NCBI RefSeq assembly: GCF_031769215.1
Contig: NW_026782072.1
Location: 124,001 to 188,000 of the forward strand
Direction: 5' to 3'
Length of the DNA stretch: 64,000 nucleotides
Source of the DNA: Ylistrum balloti
Taxonomy: Eukaryota
Shown: piece by piece, positions 56,343 to 64,000 of the stretch
Numbering within the stretch: the first letter of the stretch is position 1
Layout of the letters: each line of letters opens with the position of its first letter
Made by a program: the position numbers and the translations under genes
Notes under the pieces: generated by a model
The model's database searches: none
What the model was told of the DNA's origin: nothing
The model's input: the letters and a program-made list of their open reading frames with translations, nothing else

Positions 56343-57299
56343 AAACTATAGCCAGGTTTAGCATTGTAATCAAGACAGGAGTATAGCCAGGTTTAGCATT
56401 GTAATCAAGACAGGAGTATAGCCAGGTTTAGCATTGTAATCAAGACAGGAGTATAGCCAGGTTTAGCATTGTAATCAAGACAGGAGTATAGCCAGGTTTA
56501 ACATTGTAATCATGACAGGAGTATAGCCAGGTTTAGCATTGTAATCATGACAGGAGTATAGCCAGGTTTAGCATTGTAATCATGACAGGAGTATAGCCAG
56601 GTTTGACATTGTAATCAAGACAGGAGTATAGCCAGGTTTAACATTGTAATCATGACAGGAGTATAGCCAGGTTTAGCATTGTAATCATGACAGGAGTATA
56701 GCCAGGTTTGACATTGTAATCAAGACAGGAGTATAGCCAGGTTTAACATTGTAATCATGACAGGAGTATAGCCAGGTTTAGCATTGTAATCATGACAGGA
56801 GTATAGCCAGGTTTGACATTGTAATCAAGACAGGAGTATAGCCAGGTTTAACATTGTAATCATGACAGGAGTATAGCCAGGTTTGACATTGTAATCATGA
56901 CAGGAGTATAGCCAGGTTTAACATTGTAATCAAGACAGGAGTATAGCCAGGTTTAGCATTGTAATCAAGACAGGAGTATAGTCAGGTTTAGCATTGTAAT
57001 CAAGACAGGAGTATAGCCAGGTTTAACATTGTAATCATGACAGGAGTATAGCCAGGTTTAACATTGTAATCATGACAGGAGTATAGCCAGGTTTAGCATT
57101 GTAATCAAGACAGGAGTATAGCCAGGTTTGACATTGTAATCAAGACAGGAGTATAGCCAGGTTTGACATTGTAATCATGACAGGAGTACAGCCAGGTTTA
57201 ACATTGTAATCATTACAGGAGTATAGCCAGGTTTAGCATTGTAATCAAGACAGGAGTATAGCCAGGTTTGACATTGTAATCAAGACAGGAGTATAGCCA
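56343..57299. repeat. Minisatellite sub-array 3: ACAGGAGTATAGCCAGGTTTAGCATTGTAATCAAG (35 bp), ~27 units
   Basis: Directly visible; aligns to sub-array 1 (GAGT.TA.CCAGG.TTA..ATTGT.ATC). Confidence 0.96.
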
Positions 57300-58010
57300 A
57301 AATTATAACCTTTTCTGAATTCTTACCACCAAGAAAATTCTACACGTGACTAAACTTTTACCATGAGTTTATTCAGGTTAAAGATTATTATCATGGCCAG
57401 ACGTATAGACAGTCTTAAACAGCCATTCTGATCAGTGTTTAGTCAGGTTTAGAATTGTTCGTATGAGTGAGTTTAGACATACTAGAATTGTCATCATGGA
57501 CAATGTTTAGCTACGATTAAAACTGTGATCGCTGTCAGAGTTTAGCCAGTCTCGGGGTTGTCATCTTGATCATAGTTAGTCAGGTTTAGGATTTTCATTA
57601 TGGTTAGGTTTAGACGGGCTCGGACTTGTCAGCATGAACATAATTAAGGTAGATTAAGGATTGTCATCATGGTCAGATTTAGACAGGCAAAGAATTGTCA
57701 TCGTGACTATAGGTTAGGATTGTCATTAGGGCAGGTTTGGACAGGCTTGGGCTTGTCATTCACGGACATGATTAAAGCAGACTAAGGATTGCAATCATGG
57801 TCAGATTTAGACAGGCAAGGACTTTTGATCATGGTAGAATGTAGCCAGTCTTTGTAAACGTTAGCTAGACTTGGGATTGTCACAATGATCAAGTTGAAAA
57901 AGACGCAGGATTGCTATCATAGTCAGGTATCAAAACTTATGACTGCCGTCAGAGTTTCGTGATGCTAAAGCCTGACTTATCTCTGATGATAATAATCCTT
58001 TGAAAGGGAC

Positions 58011-58052
<42 letters not shown>
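58011..58052. repeat. (GAT)14 microsatellite
   Basis: Visible run; source of the poly-Ile in ORF 57930..58142. Confidence 0.95.
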
Positions 58053-58053
<1 letters not shown>

Positions 58054-59499
58054 GGCAATGGTAACTTATCCTTAGCCTGCCTAATCCTAACAGGCTGAGA
58101 ATCCTTAGTCTGGCTAAACGTTGACCATGACGACAATCGCAAGTCTGGCGTTAACTCTGACCTGAATGATTAACCCGAATAAACTGTGATAACAATTTTA
58201 TGCCCGACAAAAATGACAATCCTAAGCTTGGCTTAACTTTTGCCGTAATGTTAATTCTAAGCCTGTCTAAATGTTACTATGATTACATTCCTGACTAAAC
58301 TCTATCCTGAAGATCATCCTTAGTCTGGCTAAACATTGCCGATGATGTCAATCCTGAACTCTCACCATGATGACAACACGAGCCTTGGTCCCCGATGGCA
58401 ATCCACTGCCTGTCTGAACATGATCATAATGACAACCAATGTCCTTAATAAACTCTCAGCACGATTATAATCCGAAGACTGATTTAACTCTGAAAATGAT
58501 AATGAACCTAAGCATGACTAAACTCTGACCATGATGCCAATCGTAAGCCTGGCTAAACTCTAAACATAAGCACTATTCCATGCCTAGCTAAAGATTACCG
58601 TAATGACAATCTTGAACCTGATTTAACCCTAATCATGACGATCCGAAGTTTGGCTATCCAAGGACATTACAAAATTTTTGAGCCATGATAACGACCCCAA
58701 ATCTGGCTTAATTTTGATTATGATGAAACCCGATCATGATGTCGTTAGCATGTCTAAATTTTGTCTATGATGACAATCTTAAGTCTGATTAAGTATGATC
58801 AAGATAACAAACCCTAGCCTAGCTCAACTGTGACAACGATGGCGATTCTAATCGTAGCTAAACATTGACTTTGATGACACACTTAGTATATCGAAACTTG
58901 ATAATGATGGCAATCCTAAGCCTGACTAAACATTGGGCGTGATGACAGTTATTAGACTGGCTTAATGTATCACCATGATGGCAATCCTAAGCTTGGCTAA
59001 ACATTGATCATGACGACTTAGAATATACAATGCTTAGAAGTAGACATCAAAGGTAAGCCCAAGAGTAATTTTCTCGGTAAGATTAATTGGCGGATTTGTA
59101 ATACAGGTGTTATAGGATGTTATCGTATTTCTTGGTCTCTATTTAAATGGCTTCTTTCCAGATGGTAAGGTTTGATGTAGTTCAAGCATTTGCAATTAAG
59201 TGAGCATTTAGTATTGTTATTTGACTTTTCGTGCGATAGACTCCAATGGCCTCTCCGTAACTATGGCGTTCCTGTGTGACATAGAAGAGATACTGTGATG
59301 AGATGATTTGTGTCTCTGATAGCTGTTGCTCTGACACCAATCTTTGTTACATTTTGATACCAGCCTGGGGTGTCCAATTAAGATAGTTTCGCGAAAAACT
59401 ATAGTTACACAAACATTACTGTTTTTTGCAATGTTAAGCTTGAAGCTTTTGAAGTTTTCATTGACGTAAGCTGAAGCCGTAAAGCGGTAGCTGTCGTCC

Positions 59500-59880
59500 A
59501 CATGTCCGTCGTCATTTCTCTTTGGACGACCCCTGCTCAATAACCTCACTAACGGCCAAGTACTAATAGTGGGCCTGTAGCATACTTGCATAAAGAGCTA
59601 CACAGTTTGCACCAATGAATAACCTTGACCTGCAAGGTCACAGGGGTCAATGTCTTGAATGTCTTTAAATGATTTCTCAACAAGTCAAAGGCCCGCGACA
59701 CTGATAATGTGAATGTAGCATGCTGGGCTAACAAATTTTCCCCAATAAGTGAACTGACCAACTTTCAATGTCACAAAGGTCAAACATGACTTTTGTGTTT
59801 TTCATAATTGTAAAATCCAGCGCTGGGTTGTAAGAGCTCAAACTTTGTATGAATGTATGACCTTTATCACTAGGTCACAA
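59500..59880 (-). mobile_element. Inverted copy of the ~140-bp-unit HINE family
   Basis: GTAGCATGCTGGG and GACCTGCAAGGTCACAGGGGTCAA are reverse complements of motifs at 14.9-15.6 kb. Confidence 0.55.
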
Positions 59881-60079
59881 TGGTTGAGAACACCAAAGCT
59901 CACCCTTTCCTACCGTTTTGGTTTTCCATACACGTTTTAAAACCTATTCGAGGATAGAGTACTAATTAAACGTGCTTTTTTTAGATTGTAAGTAAGTATA
60001 AGGATTCCTAAGCACTGTCGCTATGGATTCAAGAATCCAAGTTAAGTTTGCTGGCTCGTCTGGTTGTTCAACCAACCTT

Positions 60080-60480
60080 ATCCTTTTACTTCCCTTCGCT
60101 GTGAAATTAGTATTTCTTACATGGAACGTGATGATCATCTAAATGTACCTCTATGGACTTCTTGAATATCCTCTCACGAAAAACTCTTCTTCCTTATGAC
60201 TATTTGATTTTTTTCGATCTGTAAACTACCAGTTCATTCTAAATCAAAGGAATGCCTTCATTTTCTAGGAACTTTTCCAAAGAAAGGTGGATGGTGGTAC
60301 AAATATATGATTGTGAACTACACTTGATATACTCAAGGTCCGTTCTCAATGTCACGATTTCTGTGAAAGATGCCGACAGCTGACAGAAACACTTATAGCA
60401 CGGAATTGTTGATGAAAATTATGAGGAAGTATTTTTTTCCTTGTACGATATGAAGTTTGGTGTGTTAGATGTCCGTTGAT
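60080..60480 (+). mobile_element. Very decayed Penelope-like reverse transcriptase fragment
   Basis: Scattered pieces (about DF.ERCRQLTETL) echo the mollusc PLE motif YISQLIRYARACSSY.DFL.RGRQLT.KL; many stops and frameshifts. Confidence 0.3.
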
Positions 60481-60687
60481 ATGCCTGGTAGTTCCGTGTT
60501 GTAAACCTTGTTCTCGTATGAGATCACATTTATTACTTACATGGAATAGCAGATTTAAATGGCGGGTATCGATGAATCATAACTTTCAATTGTCTCCATG
60601 TAATTATTTCTTTTGTTTATTTTTTTGTCCTCGTTTCGCAGATTTAGAGTTTGAATTACTTTTTTTAATCATGTTGGTATTTCCTGG

Positions 60688-61430
60688 TTAGCTCACCCGT
60701 GAGTTTATGCCATAGGCGCTTCGTCAGTCGTTTTTTCAACTACTAGTCCAGAATTACTCAGCGGATTTGACCCATCTGACCCAGATTTATTCGGAAGCAT
60801 CAAGAAAAATGGGAACCAAATTAGTACAAACGGTTGGTCGAAACCTCGAGGGACTGAAATATCGAGGCAATTCATCTTTTGTAGAAACAACAGGATTTTG
60901 TCCAACTTTGCTCTGAAGCATCATTGTGTGAAGGCGAATGAGTTTTGTATATACCGTAGGTCTGACCTCCTGGGAACAGAAGGTCAAGATGAAGTAAGGG
61001 AAATAAAGGAAAAGCTTCAAAACCCTTCTTCCCTTGGGATGATGGTACTTGAAAGACAAATTCGGTCAGAGGCGTCTTAAGGTCAGGAGGCTATATTTTG
61101 AATATACGGAGGTCTGGGCTTGAGGAACGGGACCAATAGGGAGACATTAAGATTTTTTTTATTAAGTGAAGAGGTGAAGGGGAAATTTTTTTTTAATTTG
61201 TGGCTCTGGGCCCCTGGTGGCAGATCGGTGGGTTCACGTAGAGTAAGGAGAAGAAAAGTTTTAAAATCCTTCTTAAGGAATGAAGGCTTTTTGGCCAAAT
61301 TTGCCTAGAAGCATTGTATGAAGGTGAATACATTTTTTTTACAACAGTCGGTCTGATCACCCTTGGGGCGAAGCAATGTCGAAAAAAAGAATAAAAATTC
61401 CTCTCCTGTTGGGCTTAGACGGGCCTGGTC
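60688..61430 (-). mobile_element. HINE/MITE-like element, same family as 30387-30934
   Basis: Begins TTAGCTCACC (reverse of the GGTGAGCTAA terminus); internal GGATTTTGTCCAACT and TGAAGCATC are shared, inverted, with the 30.4-kb copy. Confidence 0.55.
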
Positions 61431-63960
61431 ACATACAGAAAACGATCTAGACGTTTGAAATCGTGTTCACTCTGTTTGGATAAAGCAATTGTGATTATGC
61501 AAAGCCTTCCCCGAGCGGCATCACTTCGGAATACATTTTACAATGGAGTACAAAGGCTTTGTTTTATTATCTTTGTATTGCCATTTCACACCAGTAAAAC
61601 TGATGCGTTTATAATCTGTGTCTTTATGATTCCTTTTATCAGATGTATAAACAGCTTAACTTATTTTCTTCTTTTCGTTTCATCAAAATCCATTGAAATT
61701 GATGTTAACCTATTCGCATTTCATGTTCTCTCCTCACAATGAGCACATCTACTTCGTCTCTTCTCGACGACCAATGAAACACGTTTTGAGATCGATAATG
61801 TATATTTGAACTACTTTACAATCAGAAAGCCTCCAGAGATACAGACTACACATTACCACTAGGTCGAGATCGATACGCGGCTGTACGTATATACCGGACA
61901 ACGTAGAACGGTGATTATCCGTAGTCTAGGAGGGATATTGGACCTTGTAACACCGTAACGGAAACTAATTGCTGAGACGAGACGATGATATTTGAGCGAC
62001 AAGGGAGCATCGACCGTAACGACGTGTCCTTTCTCCTTCGCATTTTTTTAATGACTTGGTTACCGGTCGTTGACCTTTTAGCCTCGCCTATTTAACATCG
62101 CTTACAGGACATCAACTGATTTGACATAATTACATTGTAAAGGTTACCGGAATGAAGTCATAATATTCTCGATGGCCCTCCTCCACTCTCCGGTGATGGG
62201 GTGTGTGATTGTGTGATCGTAACATTACACTGGGGAATATCTTACCAAGGCAGTCGTTACTGCCCCAGAATCTGGATCAGGTGTTGAAGCCTTATCAGAT
62301 ATCGAAGATATTATTTCAATCATATCATTGCGGGTTCAAAAGTTTAGAATTGTTATTATACAAAATGGTTTTTTAACTATACTGGCTTATAAATCAAGTA
62401 TGTAGGTCGGTTTGCTGGTTAGTTTAGGACAAATGCTGAACTTCACGGACAATGGTGATTACCTTTTTTCTTGCTTATGATGCAAATACCTGCTATTCTA
62501 GGATAAAGTTTGCAATTAGTTTGAGGTATACTGGACAGTAACGATTGGAAAACTGGACCACGTCCGAACAGTGAAATGAATACCTATTAATGGCCGAACG
62601 CAAATCTGTAGGCTTACAGCATTACGAGCATATTTCTTTAAACTGTAACCACCGACTTAGAGAAGTCCGTGCTGTAACTGACGGCCAATGTACTAGCTAA
62701 CGTTATTTTGTGTCAGTCAAGTAGCTAATTTTGAATGTGTGACCCATGTTCTCTTCTCCCGAAGGCTTCGAATAATTCAATAACCCGATAGCTCTCGGAA
62801 GGTGATCGCCTCCTAACGAATTGTAGGTGAACTGTTGATAAAAGTACATTTCAGATTTGGGGACTGCTGGGCGTCTCGGAAGATAGGTATTACTATATGT
62901 GTTATCGCACCACGACAAAAACATCCGGGTTCGCTTAATCCATCCAACTTCCTACGACAATTGTACTTGTCCTTAGAGTTTTCTACAGCTTTATCCAAAT
63001 AAACGGCCATTATCGAGACATGTCTTATTATCACTATAACTTTATTTCTTTCTATAATTTCGGAACAGTTTCTGTAGAGGCAACATAAATCAGATTACTA
63101 AATACGGCCTCGTTAGTTAGCGATAAGGGTACTTCCTAATTCTTGTTTGACGATTTTTATTTTGTAGTTCAGGTTAACAACAGTTTGGAACTCTCAAACT
63201 TGACACGTTATATTCTTTTAACTTTATTCTTGCGAATAATTACTCACTAGCACATGAAACATTTTGGTTTTAAGTATTGGACTATCAAGTAGTGACTTCA
63301 AAAAACAAACATATTCAGAATCGAGAGACTATACAACACGTGTTACACTGAAAATAATATTCTTTTAGTTTCATTTCAATATTTAAACCAATGTCCGGAC
63401 TAACGACGCTTTGCTACAAAATGCAAGCCATAGTTTCCGGACTAGTGATTTATCCGGACTAGCGGGATCCCATTCCTAATATCGTGTCCGGATTACTACA
63501 CCTACATGTCCTAATTAACAAAGTGTTTGTTTGGTTTATGCTGTACCGAACAAACGCCAATACAAAACCATTTTGCGAATTAGCGAGGAAAAAACACTGC
63601 ACTCGAATATGTAAGCATTATCAGTAATTTTCTGTATTCACCAAAAATCTTTTTTATTTTATAAGAGGCTAAACTGACGAACTTCTACTACAGAAATTAC
63701 AATGTCTTAAACGATTACTGTTGTTCATTTAGATCGTAACAGAAAATGCAAATTAATTCAAGTATATATGTTATTATAAGCTAAATAAAAATAGCATAAA
63801 ACTTTTCGCAAGTAAGCAAAACGACCAAATATTGTGCATGTAAGAGATGATGAAAGTTGGGGAGATATATGTGTTAATACATGCTCTTGTGAATCAGCTG
63901 TTTACAGAAAGTCACTGCGTACTAAGGGAATTACACACGACCTGATATAGAAAACCGGTG

Positions 63961-63970
63961 GTGACGTCAC
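63961..63970. promoter_or_regulatory. Perfect CRE palindrome GTGACGTCAC in a CpG-rich patch at the window edge
   Basis: 10-bp palindrome next to ACCGGT and GTCGAC; may belong to a promoter beyond the window. Confidence 0.3.
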
Positions 63971-64000
63971 ATGTTGTCGACGGTCGGACTATCCCAGTTG

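Larger units (their letters stand above)
51210..59010. repeat. Composite 35-bp-monomer repeat domain with orientation switches
   Basis: Degenerate and homogeneous units of one family: forward 51.2-55.97 kb (with a non-repeat gap at ~53.82-54.6 kb), reverse ~55.98-56.34, forward 56.34-57.95, reverse ~57.96-59.01. Confidence 0.85.

Noticed and set aside
51345-57299. 35-bp arrays as CRISPR repeats
   Set aside because: Units are directly adjacent with no unique spacers, there are no cas genes, and the context is eukaryotic with introns
59217-59591. 124-aa minus ORF with an RGRP AT-hook-like motif
   Set aside because: Its N-terminal part lies in the inverted HINE-family repeat and its terminal sequence; no domain recognised
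13104-62136. Identical 14-mer GACATAATTACATT at 13104 and 62123 in two CpG-rich patches flanking FoxO
   Set aside because: Exact 14-bp matches are expected many times by chance in 64 kb of AT-rich DNA, and the flanks do not extend

Overview
AT-rich animal genomic DNA, most likely a bivalve mollusc (inferred from the FoxO sequence, the CR1/Penelope/Helentron-type repeat relics and the intron structure). I can support three spliced protein-coding genes, all on the minus strand. (1) FoxO: 2 coding exons, join(48918..49265, 27845..29482), 661 aa, with a 19.4-kb intron splitting the forkhead domain at the position conserved in FoxO genes. (2) MFSD9-like copy A: complete, 6 exons, 389 aa, 7950..11919. 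(3) MFSD9-like copy B: a head-to-tail paralog, 5688 down to beyond the left window edge, with identical internal exon sizes (88/44/130/210) and about 61% identity over exons 2-5. Most of these exons are missed or mis-framed by the ORF track; I rebuilt them from GT-AG sites. The remainder is introns, a probable long FoxO 3' region, decayed transposons and several minisatellites. I found no tRNA, rRNA or CRISPR array, and no new protein machinery that I can support. The most unusual structure is a ~7.8-kb domain (51.2-59.0 kb) just upstream of FoxO, built from one 35-bp monomer in forward/reverse/forward/reverse blocks. It holds three separately homogenised sub-arrays and a 995-bp-offset higher-order duplication. 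Other leads are stacked uORFs in the FoxO leader, a kappaB-site cluster upstream of FoxO, a CRE-carrying 76-bp tandem repeat in the FoxO intron, and asymmetric divergence plus an overlapping uORF in MFSD9 copy A. All regulatory interpretations are motif-level hypotheses.
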